Source: Vulcanimicrobiota bacterium
GTDB taxonomy: Bacteria; Vulcanimicrobiota; Xenobia; Xenobiales; JADMJV01
Direction: 5' to 3'
Length of the DNA: 64,000 nucleotides
NCBI GenBank assembly: GCA_050250895.1
Contig: JBFWNU010000002.1
Coordinates: forward strand, 128,001-192,000
Shown: positions 39,287-48,925 of the stretch, in pieces
Numbering within the stretch: the stretch's first letter is position 1
Layout of the letters: each line of letters opens with the position of its first letter
Notes under the pieces: generated by a model
The model's database searches: none
Told to the model about the DNA's origin: nothing
What the model saw: only the letters and a program-made list of their open reading frames with translations
Program-made: the position numbers and the translations under genes

Positions 39287-39943
39287 TCACAAGTCGCGCT
39301 CGAGCCACTGCCGGATCTCTCGTTCGCCCCGGGGCGAGAGCCGATAGACGCCCCGCCCGACTGGCTCGAACCAGCCATAGACGTTACGATAGAGAAAGTC
39401 GCGGGCCCTGGGCTCTGCCACCGCGGCGGCCACCTGCGAGGCCTTGGTGGCTCCGTGAGCCTGCAGATGGCAGCCGATTTTGAGCGCACTCTGACGATAG
39501 GCCGTCATCACCCCGCCGCGGCGGTTCGAGCCCCCCAGATTGGGATCGCCCACCCGCAACAAGAATTCTCCCAGGAGGCGTTCCTGTCGGTGGCGTGACA
39601 ACCGCGGGCGGTACGGCCCCGGGTCGACCGCCACCGTCACCTCACCATCGACCAGTAACAATCCCAGCCCCAGCATCTTGACCAGCTTGAGCACCGATTT
39701 GCGTCGTCGGGCCAGCAACCGCGAAGGGGCGGGGATGCCGATGTAGACGTTGGGACTCAGAGCCAGGCGGTCCACGGCTTGCAGCACCACTTCGAGGTTG
39801 AGGCTCAACTTCAGCTCGACCACCACTGGGGGCTCATCCCCGCGCACGGCCACCACGTCGCAGTCGCCGACTTCGCTCTTCACCTCGTAGTGCTGTTTCT
39901 CGAGAAAGCGCTTGACCGGCGGGTAGAGGTCGGACTCTTTCAA
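39287..39943 (-). CDS. DUF2161 family PD-(D/E)XK-type protein
   Basis: ESDLYPPVK.FL, EV..CDV, VELK, MTAYRQ.AL and NVYGWFE..RGVY.L. Confidence 0.9.
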   Translation of the reverse strand: MKESDLYPPVKRFLEKQHYEVKSEVGDCDVVAVRGDEPPVVVELKLSLNLEVVLQAVDRLALSPNVYIGIPAPSRLLARRRKSVLKLVKMLGLGLLLVDGEVTVAVDPGPYRPRLSRHRQERLLGEFLLRVGDPNLGGSNRRGGVMTAYRQSALKIGCHLQAHGATKASQVAAAVAEPRARDFLYRNVYGWFEPVGRGVYRLSPRGEREIRQWLERDL

Positions 39944-40103
39944 AGAGCCGCTGCCCTGGGGGACTGGGAAATCGCTGGCATGTGTTTCTCCTATCGCGCG
40001 CGAAGGACTGTCGTGAGCCTAAGGCCATCGGCCCGCCTGGCTGGTTGCCGTGACGTTGCTAGCCCGACAGGTTCGTTTCGCGGTCCCACGAAGCAACCAG
40101 GCG

Positions 40104-40928
40104 ATGCTGATTGTCGAGAACCTCAGCCATACTTATCTGGCCGGCAATCCGCTGGCCGCCCGCTCGTTGGTCGATGTCAGCCTCAGCCTCGAGGCGGGCG
40201 AACTGGTCTGCCTGTCAGGACCGACCGGCAGTGGCAAAAGCACACTGCTGGCCCATCTCAACGGTCTCATCCCGGCTCAGCAGGGTAGGGTGCTCGTCGA
40301 GGGTGTGCCCCTGGACACCCCGGCCCGCCGCCGCCAAGCCCGCCAAAAGGTGGCTCTGGCCTTTCAGTTTCCCGAGCATCAGCTCTTCGAGAAGACCGTC
40401 CGCGACGAGCTACTCTACGGACCGCGCCAGTTTCGCCTGGACAACCAGGACCAGCGGCTAACCAAAGCTCTGGCCATGGTCGGGCTGTCCGACCACCTCC
40501 TCGAGCGCAACCCGGGAGCCCTCTCTGGCGGCGAGATGCGCAAGGTCGCCCTGGCCAGCCTGCTCACCCTCGACCCGGCCGTGCTCATTCTCGACGAGCC
40601 CACCGCCGGACTCGACCCTCCCAGCCGAGTCCAGTTGCTGGCCAACCTCAAGAGCTGGAATCAGGAGGGTCTGACCATCGTGGTGGTCAGCCACAGCCTC
40701 GACGAGATGTGCGCCCTGGGGGAGCGCCTCATCTTGCTCGAGAACGGACGCAAGACCTTCGACGGACCGCTAGCCGAGTATCTCGAAAGCCTTCCCCCTG
40801 AAGAGCTGCCACCCATCCCGCACCTGGCGGTCCAAGCCCGCCAGCACGGTATCGACTGGAGCCCCTTGCCCCTCACCGTGGACCAGGCCGCCGCCTTCTT
40901 GCTCGAGCGTGGAGTTGGCCCCGCATGA
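40104..40928 (+). CDS. ecfA2: ECF transporter ATPase (EcfA2-type)
   Basis: GPTGSGKST, FQFPEHQLFE, LSGGE and LDEPTAGLDP. Confidence 0.85.
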   Translation: MLIVENLSHTYLAGNPLAARSLVDVSLSLEAGELVCLSGPTGSGKSTLLAHLNGLIPAQQGRVLVEGVPLDTPARRRQARQKVALAFQFPEHQLFEKTVRDELLYGPRQFRLDNQDQRLTKALAMVGLSDHLLERNPGALSGGEMRKVALASLLTLDPAVLILDEPTAGLDPPSRVQLLANLKSWNQEGLTIVVVSHSLDEMCALGERLILLENGRKTFDGPLAEYLESLPPEELPPIPHLAVQARQHGIDWSPLPLTVDQAAAFLLERGVGPA

Positions 40929-41713
40929 TTCGCCTGCTTCTTTTGCTGCTCTTGCCGACGATGGTCCAACTCGACGGCCGCACCGTTCGCTTTCATGCCA
41001 CCATCTCACCACCCGCGGCCACCCATGATGGCGCGAAGCTCGAAGCGGCGGATTGGGCCCAGCATCTGGCCGGACGCCGGGCCCGTCTGCATCACCGCGG
41101 CTCCTACCTCGAGGCCGAACTCGACGACGGCTACACGGTTCGCTTCGAGCACACCGACCTCGAGGCCGAGCTGTTGACTCCACGCCAAACACGCGAGCGC
41201 TACTGGTGGAACGACCTGCTGCTAGAATTCCCAGACACCCTGCTGGCCCTGGCCGACGAGAGTCCGGTCGAGATGACCTTTGCCCTGACCCATTCCCCCG
41301 ACACGTTGGCCCGCGCCCTACCGCCGGTGTTGGCGCGCGCGGGCATGTTCGTGCCCGACAGCTCGAGCCACGCAGGCTTGCTGCAGTTTCAGACCGACTT
41401 CGTCCAGGAGGACTATCCCGGTCTTTTCAACCCCCCGGTCCGCCGCTACCGCTACCTCGTCACCATCACTCCCCGCGACCAGGGCAGCCACCTTCGCATT
41501 CGGGCCACCGTGTCCAGCTGGCAGAAATATCCCGGCTCGGACTTTTATGGCTGGCGCCCCGATGAGAGCCCCTCGATCCGCCAACGCATTCGCCAGACGG
41601 TGGCCGAACTGCTCACCAGCCTGGCCTATCCCGGCGACTGGTGGGTGCGCCTGCAAGACTACCAGGCCGGCTTCACTCTCGAGCCTGCAGGCGAACCCAT
41701 AGAGGGATTCTAG
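40925..41713 (+). CDS. Hypothetical exported protein
   Basis: ATGA-coupled; hydrophobic N-terminus. Confidence 0.7.
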   Translation: MIRLLLLLLLPTMVQLDGRTVRFHATISPPAATHDGAKLEAADWAQHLAGRRARLHHRGSYLEAELDDGYTVRFEHTDLEAELLTPRQTRERYWWNDLLLEFPDTLLALADESPVEMTFALTHSPDTLARALPPVLARAGMFVPDSSSHAGLLQFQTDFVQEDYPGLFNPPVRRYRYLVTITPRDQGSHLRIRATVSSWQKYPGSDFYGWRPDESPSIRQRIRQTVAELLTSLAYPGDWWVRLQDYQAGFTLEPAGEPIEGF

Positions 41714-41750
41714 CGGGCCGCAGGAACAGCGGACAGGATTGGGGGGCACT

Positions 41751-42506
41751 ATGCTCCAACTTCGGGCTCTGGCCCTTGTGATGATTCTCTGCCTACCGGC
41801 CGCCGCCTGGGATAGCCGGCATAGCAATCCCACCCACCCCACCCACTCGTATTTGACCGAGTGGGCCATCGACCAACTGGCCGACCAGTATCCGGCCCTC
41901 AAGGCCCCGGCCGTCCGCAAAGCTTTGCTCGACGGGGCCAACAGCGAGTGCCACGAGCTGCCGCTTGACGAGAGCGATAAGACTCTCGGTAATTCCTACG
42001 GGCTCGACCTGGAGGCCAGGCGGGTCGAGCATCAGGGCACCAACGAAGGCTCGAACGATGTCGAGGGTTGGTGGAATGACGCCAGGGCTGCCTACCAGGC
42101 CGGCAACGAACTACAGGCCTATTATTTGCTGGGCGTTCTGCTACACATGGTCGAGGACATGGGCGTTCCCGCTCACGCCAACATGGTCGTCCATCAGGGC
42201 AACGCCAGAGAGTTTGACAACTTCGAGGCCATGGCTCTGTCGAACTGGAAGCCGGACTGGAATGACTGGAACGTCGACCGCACCGACCCGACCTACGAGC
42301 TCCCCTCGAATTACTACCAGTTCTCGCGAGAGTGGACCCAGGCGGACGCGCCCGACTATCACGACAGAGACAAATTCTCGAAGGTCTGGACCTTCGCTTC
42401 GAAGTCAGAGAAGACGCTGCTGAGCAACCGCCAGGCGCGGACCTGTAATGTGGTCAAGTGGACCCTTGCCTCGGGCCTGCGCGCCTTTGGGGTGCTAACT
42501 CAGTAG
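41751..42506 (+). CDS. Zn-dependent phospholipase C family protein, secreted
   Basis: Signal peptide then W..H; LG..LHMVEDMGVPAHA..FE. Confidence 0.75.
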   Translation: MLQLRALALVMILCLPAAAWDSRHSNPTHPTHSYLTEWAIDQLADQYPALKAPAVRKALLDGANSECHELPLDESDKTLGNSYGLDLEARRVEHQGTNEGSNDVEGWWNDARAAYQAGNELQAYYLLGVLLHMVEDMGVPAHANMVVHQGNAREFDNFEAMALSNWKPDWNDWNVDRTDPTYELPSNYYQFSREWTQADAPDYHDRDKFSKVWTFASKSEKTLLSNRQARTCNVVKWTLASGLRAFGVLTQ

Positions 42507-42519
42507 GGCGCTGGTGTGA

Positions 42520-42855
42520 TTAGGCCGGGCGAAGGCCAAGCACCAGCAGCAACGGCACCTCTGGGCCCGACCACTGATAGGCCAGATAGGCCGTGCCCTC
42601 GGGGCGATTCCAGCAGGCCATCAAGAGCGCGTCGTACCAGGGAGGAAAGTCTTCGTCCTCCCAGGTGCCGAGGAAGTCCGGTTCGCCCCACCCGGGCGCC
42701 AGGCGATCGAGGATGCGGCCGAACGAATGGCGAAAATCCTCGTGTAGCTCGTCCTGCTCGGCTCTGCTTTCTTCACCAGTCGTCTCGTAGACCAGCAGAA
42801 ACTGCTCTTCCGGCAGCTTGTCCAGCACCGTCAGGGGATCGGTCAACTGCAGCAT
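42520..42855 (-). CDS. Hypothetical protein
   Basis: Acidic, protein-like ORF. Confidence 0.6.
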   Translation of the reverse strand: MLQLTDPLTVLDKLPEEQFLLVYETTGEESRAEQDELHEDFRHSFGRILDRLAPGWGEPDFLGTWEDEDFPPWYDALLMACWNRPEGTAYLAYQWSGPEVPLLLVLGLRPA

Positions 42856-42911
42856 CGGCCAGATTTCGGCGGCACCCAGGGCCAACCTTCCGGCACCGAG
42901 AACCAAGCCCC

Positions 42912-43442
42912 ATGAGCGCCGGCTTCGGAATTGGCCTGACCCGGGTCTTGTTGCCCATCGCCCCCCTCGCCCAGCGACTGCAGCTGCTCCAACGGCTGGT
43001 CGAACAACTTCAATTGCCGCTCTTGCGCGACTTTGTCCATCCCGCCGACGAGCCCGGCTATCGACAGGTCAGCGAACGGGCCGAATACCGTGTCGTCGAG
43101 GTGAACCGCGAGAGCTGGCGCTGGCTCGAACCCGAACAGGTCGAGCAACTCCAACAGGCAGTCGGCCAGCATTGGGCCGATTCTGGCTCGTTTGAGGAAT
43201 GCATGCAGATCTGTGACGAAGAGACGGGATTGGTGATTCCCGGCGTGGCCGCCAGCCTGCTCAACTCCAGCGGCAAGGTGCTCTGGCAGGGCCCCGACTC
43301 GTCACTGGTGGTCAAAGAGATGGCCCTCGCCCTCGAGCAACTCCGGCAGCGCGAGGGCGGGCCAGGGGTTCTAATCCGAGCACGAGAGCTGTTCGAAGTG
43401 GCTCTGGAGCATCGGTTGCCGTTCTATCTGGCCTGGGGCTAA
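42912..43442 (+). CDS. Hypothetical protein
   Basis: Protein-like 3' part of ORF 42516..43442. Confidence 0.6.
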   Translation: MSAGFGIGLTRVLLPIAPLAQRLQLLQRLVEQLQLPLLRDFVHPADEPGYRQVSERAEYRVVEVNRESWRWLEPEQVEQLQQAVGQHWADSGSFEECMQICDEETGLVIPGVAASLLNSSGKVLWQGPDSSLVVKEMALALEQLRQREGGPGVLIRARELFEVALEHRLPFYLAWG

Positions 43443-45136
43443 GGCAAGAACGGATTGCGGGCCACGAACCCGTCGATCACCCCGTTGGTGTCGTCGGCTA
43501 CCAGGTTCTCTGACTCCGAGTGAAAGACGATGAATCGCCCGTCGCCCGAAATCATGCCGAAGAAAGCCGCGCCGCCGTCGGCCGGAGGGTTTCCCTGAGG
43601 GTCCAGGTTCAAACGCGCGGTCTGACCGGTGAGCCGGTCATAGATGAACATGTCTCTGAGGTTGTTGGTGTCTACCAGGTCCACCAGGTTGGTGGCGAAC
43701 GAACTGAAGGCGACAAAGCGTCCGTCATCAGAGATGGTGGGAACGACCGAGTTTCCATCGGTCTCGGCCCCGTTGAGACCCTGGGTGATGCGCTCGATGG
43801 TGTTGGCGGTACGATCGAGCAAGAAGATGTCGGTGGCTCCGTTGGTGTCACCAGCTACGAGATTGGTGGCGTTGGATTGAAATACCAGCAGGTTGCCGTC
43901 CGGGGTCATGAAGGGTTGATTGCTACTTCCGTCAGGTTCGCCGAGCGTGCTGTTGTTGATTCGGGTGGTCGTGTTGGCCACGCGATCCCGAAGGAAAATG
44001 TCGGTGACTCCATTGAGGTCACCCGTCACCAGGTTGGTGGCGAAGGAGGAAAAGGCCACCAAATTTCCGTCCCCTGACGACATGGTCTCGGCCGAACCGC
44101 CGTCGGGTTCGCCTGCGGAGGCAGAAATGCTGAGCAACTCGACCTGACCGGTCATCCGGTTGCGGGCGTAGAGGTTGAGCTGGAAGTTGGTCAAGATGGG
44201 ACTGCTCACCACGTTGAGGCCTTGACTCAAGAAGAAGGCCAGATTGCCATCGGCCGACAACTCACCCACGCGATTGTCGTTGTTGATCTCCATCCCGAAC
44301 TGGTCTAGCGAGACTCGTTCGGTGGTGCCCGCCTGAAGGTCCCGCACGAAGACATCCGATTGTCCGTTGGTGTCACCCGGCACCAGATTGTCAGCGTCGC
44401 TGGTGAAGATCACGAACTGCTGATTGCGGGAAAGGCGGGCCTGATTGCTGTCGCCATTGGCCTCGAGGTCACTCGAGTCCAGGCTCACCCGGGTCGTCTG
44501 ACCGGTGGCCCGGTTCCTCAGAAAGATGTCGCGATGGCCGTTGCTGTCGTTGCTCACCAGGTTGGTCGCGTCCGAACCAAAGACAATCAGGTTTCCATCA
44601 GAGGAAACGAAATTCTTGAGGTCGAGCGAGGCCGCTCCATCGGCCTGATTGCCATTGGAGTCGACGGTGAAGCGTTCCAGCGGAACAAAGCCGATGGGGG
44701 TCGGTTCTTCGATCGGGCTACCGGCCTCGAATTTGACCTGGGTCACCTGGCCAGGATTGACTACCACCAGTTGCTCCTGGTCCAGAAAGCTGGCTCCGCT
44801 ACTATCGAAAATTTGGAGCGAGAGCAGATGGGTGCCGGGCACGACCTGGCTGACGGTAAAGCTCTGCAGGGCCAGGCTACGGTCAAGGTCAAAGGCCACC
44901 AACGGGTGCACCTGGCGGCCTGTCTCGGGCTCCGACAGACTGATCAGCAGTTGGTCGGCTCCGCTTTGGGCCAGCACGGCCTCCTGCCGGGGGATGAGGG
45001 CCGGAGCCAGGCGGACCGAGACGCTTCCAGCCGAGACCCCGGGCCCGGCGCTGGCGGTGCCGCCGGGTGCGCTGCCACCCCCTGTGCACCCAGCCAGTAG
45101 AAATAGACAGAGAATGACCGTGACAAAAGACTTCAT
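43439..45136 (-). CDS. TolB/PD40-type beta-propeller lipoprotein
   Basis: Lipobox LAGC; six S.ATNLV.GDTNG..DIF repeats. Confidence 0.9.
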   Translation of the reverse strand: MKSFVTVILCLFLLAGCTGGGSAPGGTASAGPGVSAGSVSVRLAPALIPRQEAVLAQSGADQLLISLSEPETGRQVHPLVAFDLDRSLALQSFTVSQVVPGTHLLSLQIFDSSGASFLDQEQLVVVNPGQVTQVKFEAGSPIEEPTPIGFVPLERFTVDSNGNQADGAASLDLKNFVSSDGNLIVFGSDATNLVSNDSNGHRDIFLRNRATGQTTRVSLDSSDLEANGDSNQARLSRNQQFVIFTSDADNLVPGDTNGQSDVFVRDLQAGTTERVSLDQFGMEINNDNRVGELSADGNLAFFLSQGLNVVSSPILTNFQLNLYARNRMTGQVELLSISASAGEPDGGSAETMSSGDGNLVAFSSFATNLVTGDLNGVTDIFLRDRVANTTTRINNSTLGEPDGSSNQPFMTPDGNLLVFQSNATNLVAGDTNGATDIFLLDRTANTIERITQGLNGAETDGNSVVPTISDDGRFVAFSSFATNLVDLVDTNNLRDMFIYDRLTGQTARLNLDPQGNPPADGGAAFFGMISGDGRFIVFHSESENLVADDTNGVIDGFVARNPFLP

Positions 45137-45266
45137 GAATACCCCTCGAGGTCGAGGGAGTTTTCCTTTCGCGTCAGAAGTCCTTTATTGTATTCGTTGG
45201 GCCCGGGAGTGCCACGCTGGGATGCCAACGACAGGCCGTCAGTGATATCCCGCCGAAGCTCGACCC

Positions 45267-45626
45267 GTGAGGCGATGGTTCGAGGTGGCGGGGCTCCTCG
45301 CTTTGGCGGCAGTCCTGGCGCATCCCAGGCCTGACCTTCCCGAGCCAGCCACGGTTTTCTCGCCTTCCGAGCCGAGCAGGGTAGAGTCGTTGGTCGCCCC
45401 GATCACGGCGGGCTATCACCTCTCCCGTGATAACAAGCTCGAGGTGGATGGCCTCGCCCCTGGCAGTTTCTATCCCGCCCGCTGTGACGTGCTTTCAACG
45501 GCCGACGGAGGGACGATGTTCGTTCGCGACGACCGCGTCGAACGGCTGAGTGGATCTTCGCTCTCGGTGAACGGCTCGGTCCTGCTCTCGGTTGGGGATT
45601 CGCGCGACACGGTGCTGGCCTTTTAG
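45267..45626 (+). CDS. Hypothetical exported protein (possibly truncated)
   Basis: Signal-like N-terminus. Confidence 0.5.
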   Translation: MRRWFEVAGLLALAAVLAHPRPDLPEPATVFSPSEPSRVESLVAPITAGYHLSRDNKLEVDGLAPGSFYPARCDVLSTADGGTMFVRDDRVERLSGSSLSVNGSVLLSVGDSRDTVLAF

Positions 45627-45881
45627 GTCACCCTCCGTCCCGCCGGCCAGTTACGCCCGGTGAGCTAACCGCGCTAAGGCCGAGAGTAGGAGTCTAGGAG
45701 CGCTGGCTTTGGTATCGGTCTGACCCGGGCCGGGTGATTCGAGCCACCACCTGTCCACTCGGGGGATGTCTTGGACGGCCAGATTCGGTTTCATGGATCC
45801 ACCATGATTCACAACGAAGATACAATGGGTGAGTTCGAGCAGCAGGATCGTCCCGCCAAGAAATGCGAGCCTGAGGGAACG

Positions 45882-46574
45882 ATGCCCCATCGTTATCCCG
45901 CCCTCCTCACTCCGCTGGGGAACGAGACGCTGGTCTATCTGCCCCACTCCCAGAAAGCGATCTGCTTGAACGAGGTAGCCGGGGCCGTCTACCTGAGATG
46001 CGACGGAGAGACGTCGGTCGACGTGGCCGCTGAGGAAATCGGCTCGCGCGAGGTCGTCTGGCAGGCTCTAGAATCCTTCGCGGTGCACGGACTGATTCCG
46101 AGCGATACCCCCCGAGCCGCAGGCCTCGGCAGGCGCCAACTACTGAAGCTGCTGACCAGCGCGGCCTGCCTACCCGTCGTCTCGTCCGTGCTAGCCCCGA
46201 CGCCGGCTCGAGCGATGTCCGCTGCCTGTATTATCGAAAATTCGCCCACGACCAGTTGTGACCTGAGCGGCATTCCGATGGGGACGGTTCCCAACGACTG
46301 CACGTCTTGCTGCGGCGGAACCCTATGCGCCTCGGCTTGTCCAGACTGCAGCCAGTGCTTCTGTCTCCAGCGCCGCTTCTGTGTCGGGTTCGATTGTACC
46401 ACCGGTAGTTGCGCTACGGATACTCTCGTCACCGCGCGGAACTGCTACGACGACAGTACCGTCATGTTCGGGTGCAACTTTGCCGGGATCTGCCAGCGAA
46501 ACTGCGACGACGCACGGGCCGCGGCCGCCGTAGCCGGGGTGAGCTTCTACTCTTGCTGTGAGAGTTGCACCTAA
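45882..46574 (+). CDS. PqqD/RRE domain + twin-arginine-like leader + 20-Cys core, copy A
   Basis: ETLVY..KAICLNEVA..VY..CDG (RRE); GRRQLLK..LPVVSSVLAPTPARA; 20 Cys; GAGGGA SD. Confidence 0.8.
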   Translation: MPHRYPALLTPLGNETLVYLPHSQKAICLNEVAGAVYLRCDGETSVDVAAEEIGSREVVWQALESFAVHGLIPSDTPRAAGLGRRQLLKLLTSAACLPVVSSVLAPTPARAMSAACIIENSPTTSCDLSGIPMGTVPNDCTSCCGGTLCASACPDCSQCFCLQRRFCVGFDCTTGSCATDTLVTARNCYDDSTVMFGCNFAGICQRNCDDARAAAAVAGVSFYSCCESCT

Positions 46575-46580
46575 CGACTT

Positions 46581-48038
46581 TTATCGCTTGGGTAGGGGTA
46601 ACTCGAAGCGAATGCTGGTGCCTTGACCCGGGCTACTCTCGAGCCAGAAGCGGCCTCCCACCAGTTCGCAACGCTCGCGCATACCGGCAATCCCGTGGCC
46701 GGGTAGCTCCTGGTATTCGAAACCCGACCCGTCATCTTCCACTCGGCCTTTCAGACGGCCATCGAGGGCGCTGATGGCCACGCGGACCTCGGTCGCCCGG
46801 CCGTGGCGCTGGGCGTTCTGCACGGCCTCCTGGACGATGCGGTAGGCGAAGAGCGAGGTCAAGCCCGCCGTCACCGGAGTGCTCAAGGCCAGTTGGCACT
46901 TGACCCGACAACTGTCGCTGCTGGCTGCCCGAGCCAGATCCTCGAGGGCCGTGGCCAGTTGGACCCCTTCACCCACGGGGCTGCGCAGACTTCTGATCAT
47001 GCCTGAGAGTTCTTTGCCCATCCGTTGGCCAAGGGTAAGGGCCTGCTGTAGCGCCTCTCGGGCGTCCTGGGGATTCTTGTCCTGAAGGGTCGTGGCCAGT
47101 TGCAGCTGGACCACCAGGGTGGCCAATTCCTGGGCCAGGGCATCGTGCAGGTCGGCGGCCAGCATCCGGCGTTCCTGTTCCTGAAACCGCACCATCTTTT
47201 CGAGGCGTCGGGTGGTGATGTCTTGCACAGCCCGCAAGATGCGGTCTCCCTGAGGGGTCGCCTGAGGCCCCGCCGTTGACAATTGAACCCAGACCACGGC
47301 CTGACCGCGGGTCATGCGCAGCTCCAACTGAAATTGGTCTAGTTTTCCGCGGCAGAGGTCGGCGAACAGTTCGGCCTCTTCGTGACCATCGCTTTCGTGG
47401 ATCAACTCGTGAAACGAGCGTCCGATCAGTTCGCTGTCACCCCCGAACTGATAATCGAAGGCCCGGTTGATCTCCACGATGCGATCCTGGCGATCGACCA
47501 GAGCCATGGCCGCGGCGCTGGTTTCGAAGAGCACAGCGAAACGACTTTCCTCGGCGTCCCAGATGCGTTGCAGGTCCGAGATCGTGGCCTTGCCCAGGGT
47601 GGCCCCATAGAAGCCCTGATGCTTTTGGTCCAGGCATCGCTCCCAGGTGTCGCCGGGCAAAGCTCCGATCTGCACGAAGAAGTCCAGGTAGTCGAGGTAG
47701 TTGGTGCACTCGAGAAACTTGTCATCTTTGACCCGGGCAAAGAGGGCCCCCGGCCAGGCCACCGACCGTCCGGTGGCCCGGTGGGTCCCGCACAAGAGCC
47801 AGCGTCCCGCGATCCCGTCTCCCTCCTGATACGTTTTCTCGATGGTCACCCTCACATCCGAGAGGATCTCGGAAAAGGTGCGAAAGACGGCTTTGAACGA
47901 CTCGAGGCCGACCGGGTCGTTAACCAGTCCCAGTGATAGGTTCTCGGGGTGCATCAGCTCTTCGATAGCGTCGAGGTCCCCCTCTTGCCAGACCCGCCGA
48001 AACCATTCGTGAATCAGCCAGGTGGAGTCGTTGGTCAT
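46581..48038 (-). CDS. SnoaL(NTF2)-PAS-HisKA_3 histidine kinase
   Basis: WFRRVWQEGDLDAIEEL (SnoaL), PAS, DLHDALAQ, EAVQNA, DDGSGF, GHGIAGMRER and GQGT. Confidence 0.88.
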   Translation of the reverse strand: MTNDSTWLIHEWFRRVWQEGDLDAIEELMHPENLSLGLVNDPVGLESFKAVFRTFSEILSDVRVTIEKTYQEGDGIAGRWLLCGTHRATGRSVAWPGALFARVKDDKFLECTNYLDYLDFFVQIGALPGDTWERCLDQKHQGFYGATLGKATISDLQRIWDAEESRFAVLFETSAAAMALVDRQDRIVEINRAFDYQFGGDSELIGRSFHELIHESDGHEEAELFADLCRGKLDQFQLELRMTRGQAVVWVQLSTAGPQATPQGDRILRAVQDITTRRLEKMVRFQEQERRMLAADLHDALAQELATLVVQLQLATTLQDKNPQDAREALQQALTLGQRMGKELSGMIRSLRSPVGEGVQLATALEDLARAASSDSCRVKCQLALSTPVTAGLTSLFAYRIVQEAVQNAQRHGRATEVRVAISALDGRLKGRVEDDGSGFEYQELPGHGIAGMRERCELVGGRFWLESSPGQGTSIRFELPLPKR

Positions 48039-48222
48039 GGCTGCCGTTTCGACATGGATGAGCCAGTTCCTGAAGAATCCTGTAGAAGAAGAGCCACCAC
48101 CTGCCCACCCGGGGGATGTCTTCGACGGCCAGATTGGGTTCCATAGACCCACCATGAGTAACAAAGAGCATCCAATGAGCGAACACGAGCGACCAGCCAC
48201 AAAACGCGAGTCGGAGGGAGCG

Positions 48223-48921
48223 ATGCCTCTTCGCTATCCCGCCCTTCTCACTCCGCTAGCGAACGAGACGCTGGTCTATCTACACCACCTCCAGAAGGCG
48301 ATCTGTTTGAACGAGGTCGCGGCGGCCGTATACGCTCGATGTGACGGAGAGACATCGCTCGAGGTGGTCGCTGAGGAGATCGGTTCTCGCGAGGTCGTCT
48401 GGCAGGCCCTGGACTCTCTCGCGGAACACGGACTGATTCCGAGCGATACCCACCGAGCTGCGGGCCTTGGTCGGCGCCAACTGCTGAAGCTGCTTGGCAG
48501 CGCGGCCTGCCTACCCGTCGTCTCGTCGGTGCTAGCACCGACTCCCGCTCGGGCGATGTCGGCGGCGTGTGTGATGGAGAACCCGCCCACCACCAGCTGC
48601 AGCATCGACGGTATTCCGATGGGGACGGTTCCCAACCAATGCAGTCCCTGCTGTGGCGGGGCCTGTGCCACCGCCTGTCCTACTTGTAGCCAGTGCTACT
48701 GCCAGCAGTTTCGCTTCTGCCAGGGCTTCGATTGCACGACCGGGACTTGCTCTGGAGACACCTTTATCACGGCGAGAAATTGCTACGAAGACGGCACCAG
48801 CACTGACGGCTCCTGCCTCTTCGCGGGGGGACAGGTTTGCCAGCGCGATTGTGACGCTGCTCGGGCGGCCGCAGCCAGTGTTGGGTTAAGCTTCTACTCC
48901 TGTTGTGAAAATTGCAGTTGA
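48223..48921 (+). CDS. PqqD/RRE domain + twin-arginine-like leader + 20-Cys core, copy B
   Basis: Paralog of 45882-46574 with all 20 Cys aligned; GGAGGGAG SD; ~140 bp of upstream DNA also duplicated. Confidence 0.8.
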   Translation: MPLRYPALLTPLANETLVYLHHLQKAICLNEVAAAVYARCDGETSLEVVAEEIGSREVVWQALDSLAEHGLIPSDTHRAAGLGRRQLLKLLGSAACLPVVSSVLAPTPARAMSAACVMENPPTTSCSIDGIPMGTVPNQCSPCCGGACATACPTCSQCYCQQFRFCQGFDCTTGTCSGDTFITARNCYEDGTSTDGSCLFAGGQVCQRDCDAARAAAASVGLSFYSCCENCS

Positions 48922-48925
48922 CGAG

